A stretch of DNA of 64,000 bases. Origin: an uncultured Oligoflexus sp. (GTDB taxonomy: Bacteria; Bdellovibrionota_B; Oligoflexia; Oligoflexales; Oligoflexaceae). Under the pieces are notes generated by a model. It did not search any database and had not been told where the DNA came from. It worked only from the letters and a program-made list of their open reading frames with translations. Position numbers and translations under genes: made by a program. The stretch covers positions 1-64,000 of the forward strand of contig CAXSGP010000005.1 of assembly GCA_964236955.1 (NCBI GenBank), written 5' to 3'. Positions 50,175 to 60,891 of this stretch are shown here, one piece after another (positions within the stretch are counted from its first letter, which is position 1; the number at the start of each line of letters is the position of its first letter).

Positions 50175-50550
50175 AACGCTCTCCTATCGTAGGCATTCTA
50201 GTGCAAACATGGCCTTTCAGCTAGGCTTCATAGAGGTCTAATGACTCATAAACCCTTGCTAAAACAATATACAAATCCGACTCAACGCCGATTTGCGGTT
50301 GACTCAAAAGCTGAACCGCTGGCTTTCCCATCCTCTTTAGCCCGATCGATGACACGGTCCAATCAGCTTGCGCTTCGCGCGATTCACCAACATTTTGGGA
50401 GATATCGAGGGGTAGGTTCTCTTGGTTGAATTCGAGTTCTTCTAAGACAGGAGAGTTCGCTAACGATTTGGCATGACCCCGACGAACACCAGATACCCGA
50501 TTCCGATTTACCCGGCCGAAGCATCAGAACCCCTTGAAAAGATCTACAAA

Positions 50551-50579
50551 AAAATGTTTATAGATTTAGTAGACATTTT
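50551..50579. promoter_or_regulatory. Candidate Rrf2 operator
   Basis: AAAATGTTTAT-N7-GTAGACATTTT inverted repeat (9 of 11 positions match) upstream of rrf2-suf. Confidence 0.5.
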
Positions 50580-50653
50580 ATCTTAGAGTTGCGAATTGTA
50601 TAGCTTTCCGCTAAACAAGTGCCTCACTTGCAGCCATAAAAAGGGGACGGTTT

Positions 50654-51148
50654 GTGAATCTGACATCGCGCAGCCGTTACGCTTTAAAAATTATGCTCGA
50701 TCTTGCTCATAGACAGAATGAACCGCTGGTCCGTCGCCAGGAAATTGTCGCAAGACAGGGAATTCCTTCCAAATATTTGGATCAGATTCTGATTCGTCTC
50801 CGCAAAGCCGACCTTGTTGAAAGCGTCCGCGGGCGCACCGGTGGCTATCGGATCAGCCGCAAAATCGAGCAAATTAGTGTTTGGGAAGTGTTTCGAGCGG
50901 TCGAGGATGGCATTTATCCGGTCCAGTGTGTCGATGAACATCAAGGCTGCGAATTTATGCAAAGCTGTGCGGCGGTGGAACCCTGGCAATTCATATTTGA
51001 ATCTATGCGCAATTGCCTTGAGGCTATGAATCTTTTGGATTTTGAACAGCGCTTCGGCAGCGGCCAGACAAATAGTAGAAGCGATGGTATTCAAGAATGC
51101 CGACACGGCCGTGAGCCCTTTCGCAGCGTCGCCGATCACTTGCTTTAG
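50654..51148 (+). CDS. Rrf2 family (IscR-like) regulator
   Basis: SRYALK, YLDQIL..LRKA.LVESVRG..GGY; three Cys (C-x5-C-x4-C). Confidence 0.92.
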   Translation: MNLTSRSRYALKIMLDLAHRQNEPLVRRQEIVARQGIPSKYLDQILIRLRKADLVESVRGRTGGYRISRKIEQISVWEVFRAVEDGIYPVQCVDEHQGCEFMQSCAAVEPWQFIFESMRNCLEAMNLLDFEQRFGSGQTNSRSDGIQECRHGREPFRSVADHLL

Positions 51149-51235
51149 ATTTCGTCCGATTGCCTCGAACGACTCGGGATGAAAGCAGCCAAGCGGTAGG
51201 GGCAAGGCGAAGATTATTATGGAGAGGGAATTGAA

Positions 51236-52681
51236 ATGACTGAAAACGAAATCACAACTCAACTCGCGCAGCGCGAATATAAATACGGATTCGTCAGTGA
51301 CATCGAGACTGAGGAATTCCCGCGCGGCTTGAGCGAAGACATCGTCCGCCGTATTTCAGCCGTCAAAGAAGAGCCCGACTTTGTGCTGCAGTTCCGGCTT
51401 AAAGCCTATCACCACTGGCTCACACTCAAGGAACCGGAATGGGCACTCGTCCACTATCCCGCGATAGATTTTCAGGCGATACAATATTATTCAGCACCAA
51501 AAAACAAGGGTGATGGCCCGAAGAGTCTTCAGGATATTGATCCCGAACTCCTGGCAACCTTCAATCGCCTTGGCATTCCGCTCGGTGAGCAGCAGCGAAT
51601 CACCGGCGTAGCCGTTGATATCGTCTTCGACTCGGTGTCTCTAGGCACAACCCATCAGGAAGAGCTGGAAAAGCACGGCATCATATTCTGCAGTCTTTCC
51701 GAGGCGATTCAAAAGCATCCGGAACTCGTTAAGAAGTACCTGGGGAAAGTCGTTCCCTACAAAGCTAATTACTACGCAACGCTCAACTCGGCAGTCTTTA
51801 CCGATGGCTCGTTCTGCTATATCCCCAAAGGTGTGCGTTGTCCGCTCGATCTCAGCACCTACTTTCGCATCAACGCAGCCGGCACGGGGCAATTCGAGCG
51901 TACGCTGCTGATCGCCGACAGCGATTCCTATGTCAGCTACCTCGAAGGCTGTACGGCTCCCCAGCGCGATGAAAACCAGTTGCATGCCGCCGTGGTTGAA
52001 CTCATTGCCATGGATAACGCTCAAATCAAATATTCAACCGTTCAAAACTGGTACGCGGGCAACAGCGAAGGCCAAGGCGGCATCTATAACTTTGTAACGA
52101 AGCGGGGGCTTTGCCAGGGCGTAAACTCCCGCATTTCGTGGACGCAGGTCGAAGCTGGTTCCGCAATCACCTGGAAATATCCAAGCTGCATTCTGCAGGG
52201 CGATGGTTCACGGGGCGAATTCTATTCGGTAGCGCTGACCAACCATAAAATGCAGGCCGACACGGGTACCAAGATGATTCACATCGGCAAAAATACCCGC
52301 AGTCGCATCATCTCCAAAGGTATATCGGCCGAAGAGTCGAGCAATACCTATCGCGGCCTCGTCAAGATCATGCCATCTGCCGAAGGCGCGCGCAATCACT
52401 CGCAATGCGATTCGCTACTGGTGGGTGACCGGTGCAGCGCCAATACCTTTCCCTATATCGAAGTCAAAAATAATTCGGCCGTCATCGAACACGAAGCGAC
52501 AACTTCGAAGATCAGCACCGAGCAGATCTTCTACCTCAAGTCGCGGGGTCTCGAAGAGGAACAGGCGATCGGTTTGCTCCTCAATGGGTTTTGCAAGGAA
52601 GTCTTTAAAGAGCTTCCCCTCGAATTTTCGGTCGAGGCGGTCAAGCTCCTGGAAATGAAGCTTGAAGGCAGCGTCGGTTAA
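51236..52681 (+). CDS. sufB: Fe-S cluster assembly protein SufB
   Basis: [34 protein letters not shown]. Confidence 0.98.
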   Translation: MTENEITTQLAQREYKYGFVSDIETEEFPRGLSEDIVRRISAVKEEPDFVLQFRLKAYHHWLTLKEPEWALVHYPAIDFQAIQYYSAPKNKGDGPKSLQDIDPELLATFNRLGIPLGEQQRITGVAVDIVFDSVSLGTTHQEELEKHGIIFCSLSEAIQKHPELVKKYLGKVVPYKANYYATLNSAVFTDGSFCYIPKGVRCPLDLSTYFRINAAGTGQFERTLLIADSDSYVSYLEGCTAPQRDENQLHAAVVELIAMDNAQIKYSTVQNWYAGNSEGQGGIYNFVTKRGLCQGVNSRISWTQVEAGSAITWKYPSCILQGDGSRGEFYSVALTNHKMQADTGTKMIHIGKNTRSRIISKGISAEESSNTYRGLVKIMPSAEGARNHSQCDSLLVGDRCSANTFPYIEVKNNSAVIEHEATTSKISTEQIFYLKSRGLEEEQAIGLLLNGFCKEVFKELPLEFSVEAVKLLEMKLEGSVG

Positions 52682-52718
52682 GTTGCATTAAAAATGTAAG
52701 TTTGGAGTTAGATCCCAT

Positions 52719-53471
52719 ATGCTCAATATCGAAAATTTGCATGTAAGTGTCGAAGAAAAACAGGTCCTTAAGGGCCTTAGCCTATCTATTAAAGCCGGCG
52801 AGGTTCATGCGATCATGGGCCCCAATGGAAGCGGTAAAAGCACCTTATCGAAGGTTATCGCTGGCCATCCCGAATATACGGTAACCTCGGGCAGCATCAC
52901 CTACGATGTCAACTTTCGCCCCAGAAATGTGCTGGAGATGGAACCCGATGAAAGAGCCCGCAACGGCCTTTTTCTCGCCTTTCAATATCCGGTGGAAATC
53001 CCAGGGATTCCCAACCTTGAATTCCTGAAAGCGGCCTTCAACGCAGTTTGCAAACACCAGGGTGTCGACCCCATGGAGTCGAAGGCTTTTGAAGCCTTTG
53101 TGCGCGAGAAGGCCAAGATGCTTGAAATTGACTCGAGCTTTTTAGATAGAGAGCTCAACGTCGATCTTTCTGGGGGCGAAAAAAAGCGAAACGAAATTCT
53201 GCAGATGGCCGTTCTCAATCCACGCTTGGCCCTGCTCGACGAAACCGATTCCGGTCTCGATGTCGATTCGCTGCGCATCGTATCCCAAGGCGTGAATAAG
53301 CTTAAATCCAAAGACAACGCGATCGTGATGATCACGCACTATCACCGTATCCTGAACTATATCCGGCCGGACTTCGTTCACGTCCTGGCAGAAGGCCGTA
53401 TCGTGCGATCAGGCGATGTTTCGCTCGCTTTGCAAATTGAAGAACGCGGCTACGACTGGCTACTGAATTAA
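52719..53471 (+). CDS. sufC: Fe-S cluster assembly ATPase SufC
   Basis: GPNGSGKST, AFQYPVEIPG, SGGEKKRNE, LDETDSGLD. Confidence 0.98.
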   Translation: MLNIENLHVSVEEKQVLKGLSLSIKAGEVHAIMGPNGSGKSTLSKVIAGHPEYTVTSGSITYDVNFRPRNVLEMEPDERARNGLFLAFQYPVEIPGIPNLEFLKAAFNAVCKHQGVDPMESKAFEAFVREKAKMLEIDSSFLDRELNVDLSGGEKKRNEILQMAVLNPRLALLDETDSGLDVDSLRIVSQGVNKLKSKDNAIVMITHYHRILNYIRPDFVHVLAEGRIVRSGDVSLALQIEERGYDWLLN

Positions 53472-53483
53472 GGAGTAATTCCC

Positions 53484-54752
53484 ATGTCCGTTGCATTTCA
53501 TTCAGCTTTTGAAACCCTCGTTCAGGACGCGCAGTGGACGCCTCTATGGCTAAGGGCGCTTCGGCAAAATTCCTACGATAGCTTTCTGGCCGAAGGTATG
53601 CCCTCACGGCAAAATGAAGCCTGGAAATATACGAGCACCAGAAATCTGAGCGAATCGACCTTTGGGCTGATTCAAAGCCAAAGCGTCGGCAAGGAATCCG
53701 TCGATGCCTTTCGTGTCGCTGATGCCGATCATCTGGTTTTTATCAATGGCATTTTTCAAAGTGAGTTGTCTCAGGTGCCGGCCGCCGTATCGGTGGTGCC
53801 ACTCCGCGATGCGCTCCTGACTGAGCAAGACCTTATTCAGCCTTGCCTTATGGAGGAGGGGGGCGATAGCCTGTCGCTGCTGAATCAGGCTTTCTTTTCG
53901 AGTGGTGTGGTCTTACGCCTGGGCAAAAATTCGGTTGTAACCCGTCCCATTCAGCTTCTCTTTCTCCAGGATCCGACGGCTGAGGCGGCGATGATCAGCC
54001 CTAGAAATATTCTGTTCATCGAAGCCGGTGCGCGGGTCAACATCATTGAAAGTCATTTCGGTGACAGCCAGCACTTCACCAATGCCGTTTCGGATATCTT
54101 TGTCAAAGAGCAGGCTCATTGCCAATACGTGCTTGAAAGAAGTTTGGGTGCGACGGCACGCTATGTGAGCAAGCACAGCTTTCATATTGGCCGGGACGCT
54201 CGCGTTGAATCCTTCAACCTGGCCCTTGGCGGCAGGCTCAATCGCAGTCACCTGCTGTTTCGCCTGACGGCTCCTGGCAGCTCGGCAAAGCTCGATGGTC
54301 TTTACCTGGGCAAGGACGATAATCATATTGATAACGTCACCGAGGTCCTGCATCTCGCCCCTCACACTTCGAGTTCACAGCTCTATAAGGGTGTTTTGGA
54401 GGACAAAAGCCGTGCCGTCTTTAATGGCAAGATCACCATCGTAAAAGATGCCCAGCAGGTCGATGCGCAGCAGCTCAATAAGAATCTTTTGATGAGCCCC
54501 TTTGCTGAAGTCGACAGCCGCCCGCAGCTTGCTATCGACGCCAACGATGTCAAATGCTCACACGGCGCCACGATTGGCCAAATCGATTCCCAGGAATTGT
54601 TCTATCTGCAAAGCCGTGCGATACCGCGCGATGAGGCAAAGCGCATGTTGGCCAGCGCCTTTATTGGAGACGTGATAAGCCGTATCAGCGGCACTCATTT
54701 TACGAAACACGTGCAGGATGTGCTGCAAAGTTTTGGAGGCCCGAAATCGTGA
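53484..54752 (+). CDS. sufD: Fe-S cluster assembly protein SufD
   Basis: EAWKYT, AVFNGKI, DVKCSHGATIG, FYLQSR. Confidence 0.96.
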   Translation: MSVAFHSAFETLVQDAQWTPLWLRALRQNSYDSFLAEGMPSRQNEAWKYTSTRNLSESTFGLIQSQSVGKESVDAFRVADADHLVFINGIFQSELSQVPAAVSVVPLRDALLTEQDLIQPCLMEEGGDSLSLLNQAFFSSGVVLRLGKNSVVTRPIQLLFLQDPTAEAAMISPRNILFIEAGARVNIIESHFGDSQHFTNAVSDIFVKEQAHCQYVLERSLGATARYVSKHSFHIGRDARVESFNLALGGRLNRSHLLFRLTAPGSSAKLDGLYLGKDDNHIDNVTEVLHLAPHTSSSQLYKGVLEDKSRAVFNGKITIVKDAQQVDAQQLNKNLLMSPFAEVDSRPQLAIDANDVKCSHGATIGQIDSQELFYLQSRAIPRDEAKRMLASAFIGDVISRISGTHFTKHVQDVLQSFGGPKS

Positions 54753-54781
54753 GCAATCTAAACGCAGAAAAGGAGTCCCCC

Positions 54782-55348
54782 ATGGACGTTAAAATGATGG
54801 TGCAACCGACACCCAATCCTTATGCGAAGAAAATCATCGTTAATTATGACGTCAAAGCTATCGGCAAAATCACCTTTTCCAATGCGGCCGACTGCTTGCA
54901 CATTCCCCTGGCAAAAGCCTTATTCGAATTGAAAAGTGTGACCCAGGTTCATTTTTTTGAGAATGCGATTACGCTGACAGTTGATGGATCCATCTCCTGG
55001 GATGACGTTTTGGGAGAAGCCCGCCGCTTGATCAAGGCTCTACTGCCTACTCACGAAGCTGACTTCCTTTCTCCAGATGAAAAGCGCCGCACGGAGTTGA
55101 GTCCGGATCTCCAGCAGATCGAAGCGATCCTGGACCGAACGATTCGTCCTGCGCTGCAAGGTGATGGCGGCGACCTGCAAATCCTTGGGCTTGAAGGCAA
55201 TTTTTTAACAATCCGTTACGAAGGCGCCTGCGGTACCTGCCCAAGTAGTGTAACGGGGACTCTTTCTGCGATGCAGAATATTCTACGGGCAGAATTTAAT
55301 CCCGATATAGAAATCATCCCTCTTCAAGACGATGAGGTTGCGCATTGA
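54782..55348 (+). CDS. Nfu/NifU-type Fe-S carrier (Nfu_N + NifU C-terminal domain)
   Basis: QPTPNP; IRPALQGDGGD, GACGTCPSS; AAGGAG RBS before 54782 (alternative GTG at 54749). Confidence 0.93.
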   Translation: MDVKMMVQPTPNPYAKKIIVNYDVKAIGKITFSNAADCLHIPLAKALFELKSVTQVHFFENAITLTVDGSISWDDVLGEARRLIKALLPTHEADFLSPDEKRRTELSPDLQQIEAILDRTIRPALQGDGGDLQILGLEGNFLTIRYEGACGTCPSSVTGTLSAMQNILRAEFNPDIEIIPLQDDEVAH

Positions 55349-55445
55349 GGGAGAGATTGCCAATGCATGGGCTCACTTGTAGGCTAGTGCTGATGCGGCT
55401 TACAATGGCCCACAAGCGAGCATTACCCAATGATCAGGCACGATC

Positions 55446-55811
55446 TCATTCGGCTATACGCCGATAAAAATAATAAACCCCCGCGTGAGTAATCGACAAA
55501 ACGATAGAGCCGAAGATGGCGGCCAGCCAACCATCCACTTTAAAGCCGCTGACTATTCTTGCGGTAAGCTTGAGCATGGCACCGTTCAGCAATAATAGGA
55601 AGAGGCCCAGAGTGAGGATGGTAAGGGGAAAGGTGAGGACCCAAAGTATCCTTAGAACTGTCGTGTTAAGCAATCCCAGAACCAACGACGCTAGAAATGC
55701 GGAGGCAATTCCGCTCAATCGGATTCTTGGCATAATAGCTGACATCAGGATGAGGGCCAAAGCGCTGAGAGCCCAGGTTACTAGCAGTTGGATGACGTAA
55801 AGCTTATACAC
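55446..55811 (-). CDS. Phage-holin-4/YvlD-like 4-TM membrane protein
   Basis: LVLGLLN, LTFPLTILTLGLF...NG, GF.VDGW..AI.GSIVLS. Confidence 0.88.
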   Translation of the reverse strand: MYKLYVIQLLVTWALSALALILMSAIMPRIRLSGIASAFLASLVLGLLNTTVLRILWVLTFPLTILTLGLFLLLLNGAMLKLTARIVSGFKVDGWLAAIFGSIVLSITHAGVYYFYRRIAE

Positions 55812-56185
55812 TTAAATCTCCTTTTTTGGTCGGCGGCATGGGTGATAAGATAGGCAATCTGACCTTTGCTCGATTGCAAAAATCGATTTTGCGCATAGGA
55901 TTTTCTAGCGAGATAGCTACGGGCTGCGCTAAGTTGCGATTCAATTGGATCGATAGCGGTGATTTTTATCTGAGGAAATCGGCGGAGTAAAATCTCTGAT
56001 CGCGCTCCGACGCCGACTCCTACTTCCAGAAGCTCTGTGACCGAAGAGTGATCGAGATTGCCGTAAATGGATGGCAAGGTGAATTGCGCCTGATATTTCA
56101 GACGGTCCTGCTCGATCGATGAATAGCCATGAAGATAAGCCTCTTTGCTAAGCTTGATCTCGCTGCCGCTCGGTTTCTTTGCCAT
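55781..56185 (-). pseudogene. Truncated class I SAM-dependent methyltransferase
   Basis: YLHGYS..EQDRL, motif I LLEVGVGVG and ITAID are present, then similarity is lost after about 100 aa. Confidence 0.6.
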
Positions 56186-56252
56186 AACTTTCCTCCGTTT
56201 GCCATAGCTCCCGCTACTTTACATGAGGGGCCAAGGCGAAGGAAAGACTGAC

Positions 56253-56465
56253 TTAGTTCTCCAGGAGAAATTTTAGAAAGCCTTGAGTGCCAACGGGTAG
56301 CAACACGGCCATTCCTGCAAGGAAGACGAAAACCAGGGTCCAGACCAGGAATTTTGCAGCTTGAATCCGAACATTGCGTCTATGCATGTCTGAAAAACGG
56401 CTTATGACCGTAGCTTCATAGACGGCCAGACTTCTTTGCGAAAGATAACGAATATCGGCTGACAT
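56253..56465 (-). CDS. Small membrane hypothetical protein
   Basis: 70 aa with one TM segment; GGGG upstream. Confidence 0.45.
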   Translation of the reverse strand: MSADIRYLSQRSLAVYEATVISRFSDMHRRNVRIQAAKFLVWTLVFVFLAGMAVLLPVGTQGFLKFLLEN

Positions 56466-56668
56466 GGAATAGCGCCCCGCTCTGGTTTTTAAGCCTCATG
56501 AAGGGAGCAGTAGCAATCCCTTTAATTTTTGTCAATTATGCTTTGGTTATCTCAACAAATATCCGAAAACTACCCAATCGTTTGGCAACCGTGAGCAAAA
56601 CGAAAGATTGATTTTGTTAAGCTTTCTCTAAATTTGCCGAGAAGCTAGAGAGCCAAGAGGATTTTTTA

Positions 56669-57715
56669 ATGACATCAGAAAAGTCGGTACCCCGCGCAAA
56701 GGTGCGCAAGATCTTTAAAAAAGGCGACACTTATATCTGTGGGCTTTGTGGATCGACATTTGCCGATCTCCTCGATGTCCAGGCCAACCTCAGAGAATGC
56801 ACCAAAAATTTTTTAGCGGATGGAGGGACGATAGAAACGGCTCCCAAACGCTACCGCTGCAGCTTTTGTAAACGCGTCTACAATTCGGTTGAGGAAGCCA
56901 AAGTCTGTTCCGCCAACTGCCGGACAGGCATCGATGCCCGCATCGCCAGCGAGGCTAAAGCAGGCCAGGCGGTGAGCGCGGAGAACAAACTGGAAGTGCT
57001 CGCCCAATATATCAAAGACCCCCTGGCACTCACGGCGCTCCAAGCCGCCAAGAGCCCCAGGCCGGCCCAGCCGATAGCCGACCTTCCCAAATTGAGTGTC
57101 TACGTTCCTAAGAAAACGGAGATCATGGAAGGTGAAAACATTAAATTCACGAGAGACAAAGACCAGTTTCGCTGTATGAGATGCAAACAGCGTTATGGCA
57201 GCGTGGAAGACGTCAAACGCTGTTTCGATAGTCATGGCGAAACGCTGGTGTCTCATGCCAAACCAAAATCGACAGACGCCCGCTATAGCCTTGACGGCAA
57301 AAAATTCCGTTGCAATACCTGCGAAAGACTCTATCTGTCGATTGAAGACGTCGTCAAATGCTCACAGACCCATGACGTCGCAGTTGTTGGCAAGACGAAA
57401 AAGGAAGGTGATCAGCTGGCCTTCTTTCGTGACGGAGCAAAATATGTTTGCCGCACCTGCTCAAAGAAATATTTTAGCAAGGATGACGTGATTGCCTGTT
57501 TTGAGGCGGATAAGACCAGACCCGCCGCTCCCGTCACGGCTGCGGCGGCAGCTGCAAAGGCGATGAACCACGTTCCGAAAACCCTGGCCTCCAAAAAAGA
57601 CGACGCCGAGAAGTTCTTCAGAGATGGCGCTAAGTATGTCTGCCGGGGTTGCAACAAGAAACACTTCAGCCGCGACGAGACTCTGGCCTGTTTTGATGGC
57701 CATGGGATTGCTTAG
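56669..57715 (+). CDS. Protein with six zinc-finger-like CxxC repeats
   Basis: Repeats of (F/Y)xCxxCxxxY/F-x8-Cx3H, e.g. FFRDGAKYVCRxCxKKxFS twice; GAGG RBS. Confidence 0.8.
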   Translation: MTSEKSVPRAKVRKIFKKGDTYICGLCGSTFADLLDVQANLRECTKNFLADGGTIETAPKRYRCSFCKRVYNSVEEAKVCSANCRTGIDARIASEAKAGQAVSAENKLEVLAQYIKDPLALTALQAAKSPRPAQPIADLPKLSVYVPKKTEIMEGENIKFTRDKDQFRCMRCKQRYGSVEDVKRCFDSHGETLVSHAKPKSTDARYSLDGKKFRCNTCERLYLSIEDVVKCSQTHDVAVVGKTKKEGDQLAFFRDGAKYVCRTCSKKYFSKDDVIACFEADKTRPAAPVTAAAAAAKAMNHVPKTLASKKDDAEKFFRDGAKYVCRGCNKKHFSRDETLACFDGHGIA

Positions 57716-57816
57716 GGGCAGAGGTCTGCGAAAGGCCTTTGCAAAATACCCACAGGCAAGTAATTTACTAGCCTGTTCAAAGGTAATCCCACGCTTTGAC
57801 TGTCGCGAGTACGCCG

Positions 57817-59856
57817 ATGAAAGCTCCCCTTGCGCAAAAGCGCCCCGTGCCCCTCAAGACTCATCTCCATATTGAAGATGAATGGAAGTGGCTTGAAAAT
57901 ATTGAAGATCCCGAAACATCAGCCTACCTCAAGGCCGAAAACGCTTTTTATAAAAAATCGATGAAACCGCACCTGGCCTTGCAGAAGCTTATCTTTGCCG
58001 AGTTGAAAGAGCGACTCGCGGAAAATGACAGCAGTATTCCGGAACGCGATGGGGACTACTGGTATTACCTTCGTTTTAAGGAGGGGCAACAGTATCCGCT
58101 CTACTGCCGAAAAAAAGGCAGCCTGGAAGCCAAAGAGGACATCTATTTTGATCATAATGCCATAGCAAGAAAGCACAGGTACTGTGACATTGGATTTCTC
58201 GATGTCAGCCCCGATCATAAGACCCTGGCCTACTCAGTCGATCTCGAGGGCAGCGAACGCTACGCAATACTCATTCGGGACCTGGAGACCGGCAAAGAAA
58301 CCGATCTGAGCATAGACGGCATCTCAACATGTTTTGAATGGAAAACGAATCATAGCTTCTTCTACATCAAGCTTGACGACCGCGACCGGCCTCTCGAACT
58401 CTATTTTCGGGACCTCAATAAAAGCCAAAGTCATCTCATCTACACTGAAGTGGATACCAGTTACTTTCTGGCTCTCGATTCATCGGAAAGCGAAGAGTAT
58501 ATCTTCCTCGGTTGCAATGGCTACGATGCCAACGAGATTTGGTACCATCGCATAGGCGATCCCAAGCCTGAGTTTCATTGTTTCCTGTCACGGGCCTCTG
58601 AACATGAGTATGAGCTGTCTCATCACGGTCAGGACTTTCTCATCATCAGCAATTACGAAGCCACAAATTATCAGATTTTTAAGACCCCGGTGGACAGGAT
58701 CGATATCAAACACTGGCGGCCCATACAGATTTATGATCCAGACGTGCTGGTTGAAAGCCTCAACGTTTTTCAGGATTATTGGATCATAAGCGAACGCTAC
58801 AAAGCCTTGCCGAGACTCAAAGTCATCCCCCTGACCGGCGATAGGGAGCCCTATTGGATCGATATACCGGAGGAGGCCTACGAGCTCAACGTCTCCGAAG
58901 GCCGTGAGTATAAATCGCCGAGCTTTCGCTTTTGGTATTCATCGCCCCGCGTCCCCCAGTCGCTCTATGAGTTTGACGTCGCCACGCAGCAAAAGACCTT
59001 TCTTAAAAAGCGTTCGGTCGGCAGCAGGCCCTTCCAGGAGGACGATTACATTGTCAAACGCGTATGGGCACCAGCTCGTGATGGGCAGAAGATTCCGATC
59101 ACGCTTTTGTATCATAAAAACACCAAACCAAGCGCCGCACTCATCCTCCATTCCTACGGTTCCTACGGGGAAATGCTGGACTGCGAGTACAGCAACTATC
59201 GTTTGGCCCTGGTGGATCGTGGCTTTATCTATGCCATGGGCCATGTCCGCGGGGGCATGGAGATGGGCCGATCCTGGTACCTCGACGGCAAACTCGATAG
59301 GAAGTGGAACACATTTCACGACTATATCGATGCCGCCGAGTATCTGATTAAGGAGGGTTGGACAAAAGCCGGACAGATCATCGGCGAAGGCTCCAGCGCC
59401 GGCGGTATGCTGATGGGAGTGGTCGCCAACGTTCGCCCCGACCTCTTTCTTGGAATCGTCGCCTCGGTGCCTTTCGTCGACGTGCTCAACACGATGCTTG
59501 ATCCTGATCTGCCGTTGACCACGCTTGAATATAAGGAATGGGGCAACCCCAATATCGAAGAGGACTATGAGCGTATCCGGAGCTATTCCCCTTATGATAA
59601 TGTCAAAGCTCAGGGCTACCCGCATATGCTGGTCGTGGCCGGCCTTCACGATCAAAGGGTGCTTTACTGGGAAGCCGCGAAATGGGTGGCCAGGCTTCGT
59701 CACCTCAAAACGAATGACAACATGCTCCTCTTAAAGATAGAGGATGAGTCAGGACATAGTGGCGCTTCGGGTCGCTATGATTCGCTCAAGGAAACGGCCG
59801 AAGAGCTTACCTTTATGATTATGCTCAAAGAAACCTATATCGACAAGAAGTCCTGA
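57817..59856 (+). CDS. ptrB: Oligopeptidase B (peptidase S9A)
   Basis: YLKAEN, YGSYG, HVRGG, GSSAGG (Ser), PFVDV, EWGNP, HDQRV, ESGH. Confidence 0.93.
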   Translation: MKAPLAQKRPVPLKTHLHIEDEWKWLENIEDPETSAYLKAENAFYKKSMKPHLALQKLIFAELKERLAENDSSIPERDGDYWYYLRFKEGQQYPLYCRKKGSLEAKEDIYFDHNAIARKHRYCDIGFLDVSPDHKTLAYSVDLEGSERYAILIRDLETGKETDLSIDGISTCFEWKTNHSFFYIKLDDRDRPLELYFRDLNKSQSHLIYTEVDTSYFLALDSSESEEYIFLGCNGYDANEIWYHRIGDPKPEFHCFLSRASEHEYELSHHGQDFLIISNYEATNYQIFKTPVDRIDIKHWRPIQIYDPDVLVESLNVFQDYWIISERYKALPRLKVIPLTGDREPYWIDIPEEAYELNVSEGREYKSPSFRFWYSSPRVPQSLYEFDVATQQKTFLKKRSVGSRPFQEDDYIVKRVWAPARDGQKIPITLLYHKNTKPSAALILHSYGSYGEMLDCEYSNYRLALVDRGFIYAMGHVRGGMEMGRSWYLDGKLDRKWNTFHDYIDAAEYLIKEGWTKAGQIIGEGSSAGGMLMGVVANVRPDLFLGIVASVPFVDVLNTMLDPDLPLTTLEYKEWGNPNIEEDYERIRSYSPYDNVKAQGYPHMLVVAGLHDQRVLYWEAAKWVARLRHLKTNDNMLLLKIEDESGHSGASGRYDSLKETAEELTFMIMLKETYIDKKS

Positions 59857-59913
59857 CTGGATCAGGACACGAACGGGCTTAAGGTCCGAGGCAAAATCTG
59901 GCTCCGGATTTTT

Positions 59914-60828
59914 TTATTCGGGAATACAGACGGCGCGCATTATTCCCCATTCCTGATTTGAAAATAATTTTTTTTCTGAACTGTAGAGGAAAGACCGCTG
60001 ATCCCCATCGAAAGTGATTGCCTCCTGCTGGGCAAGACTTTTGATTTTGATGCGCCTTCGATCGGGATACCAACCAGTCGAAGCTTTGACTGACGGACTT
60101 GCCGCTGACATTTCCACCACGCCCTCCCAGCTTAAAAGGAGGATGCGTTTGCCGTCGGTGCTTGAACTTGCACCGGTGACCATGGTGTAAGGCAGATCAG
60201 TTACAAAACCGGCTTCACCCCCGCCCTGCTTCCAAGCCGAGGTATCAAGCTTGAAAACACGGCTGTGCTTCGGCTCCTTGACAAAGAGATAGATCGTTTT
60301 ACCGATGAGCGTCGCGGCTTCGACGTCGACATGCTCGTCATTGGGAAACTTGAAATCGATCTTTTCGCTGTGAACCCTATCGCTGCGGAGGGTCGCTTCC
60401 TCGATGGCCCAGATACTGCGATGGGAACGCCAGTGAAAATTATCACCGGTATCAAAAACGTAAATGCAAGAGCCTCCCCATGGACAGTCTCCTCGCGCGA
60501 GTTCTTCGGAATCCGTATTTTTATCAGCATAGGTGTAGCTTGCGAGGATCGACCCATCGCGCCTGGTATAGATCAGAAGGGGATCATTGCCAGAATCCTG
60601 CACATGAACCAGGGTATTGGCATCGAGCCCGCCCAGGGCCAAACCGCTCATCTCTTCCAATTGGGAACTCAGCACGGGCAGGCTTAGTTTCTCGAAGCGA
60701 TAGCTCTTGCAGGGACTGACTGTCGGCTGAGGAACCGTCAGCTCGGAGCTGACAAGGAGAGGGACTGGGAACAGGCCAACAAAAGTAAGAAAAAACAGGC
60801 GAGCATACGACCTTGGTTTAAAGTTCAT
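59914..60828 (-). CDS. Secreted hypothetical protein (beta-propeller-like)
   Basis: Signal-like N-terminus; EMSGL, QDSG, IYVFDTGDN, DVEA, QQEAITF motifs. Confidence 0.7.
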   Translation of the reverse strand: MNFKPRSYARLFFLTFVGLFPVPLLVSSELTVPQPTVSPCKSYRFEKLSLPVLSSQLEEMSGLALGGLDANTLVHVQDSGNDPLLIYTRRDGSILASYTYADKNTDSEELARGDCPWGGSCIYVFDTGDNFHWRSHRSIWAIEEATLRSDRVHSEKIDFKFPNDEHVDVEAATLIGKTIYLFVKEPKHSRVFKLDTSAWKQGGGEAGFVTDLPYTMVTGASSSTDGKRILLLSWEGVVEMSAASPSVKASTGWYPDRRRIKIKSLAQQEAITFDGDQRSFLYSSEKKLFSNQEWGIMRAVCIPE

Positions 60829-60842
60829 TCAGGGTCCCAAAT

Positions 60843-60867
60843 AAAAAACCGCTTCGAAGGGAAGCGG
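60843..60867 (-). terminator. Intrinsic terminator
   Basis: CCGCTTC-N5-GAAGCGG followed by T6 on the minus strand. Confidence 0.7.
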
Positions 60868-60891
60868 CTAAGATTGCGATGGCCCTGCCGA

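Noticed and set aside
55446..55811. Prophage suggested by a holin-family gene
   Set aside because: This 4-TM family is commonly chromosomal; no integrase, structural or lysis genes nearby
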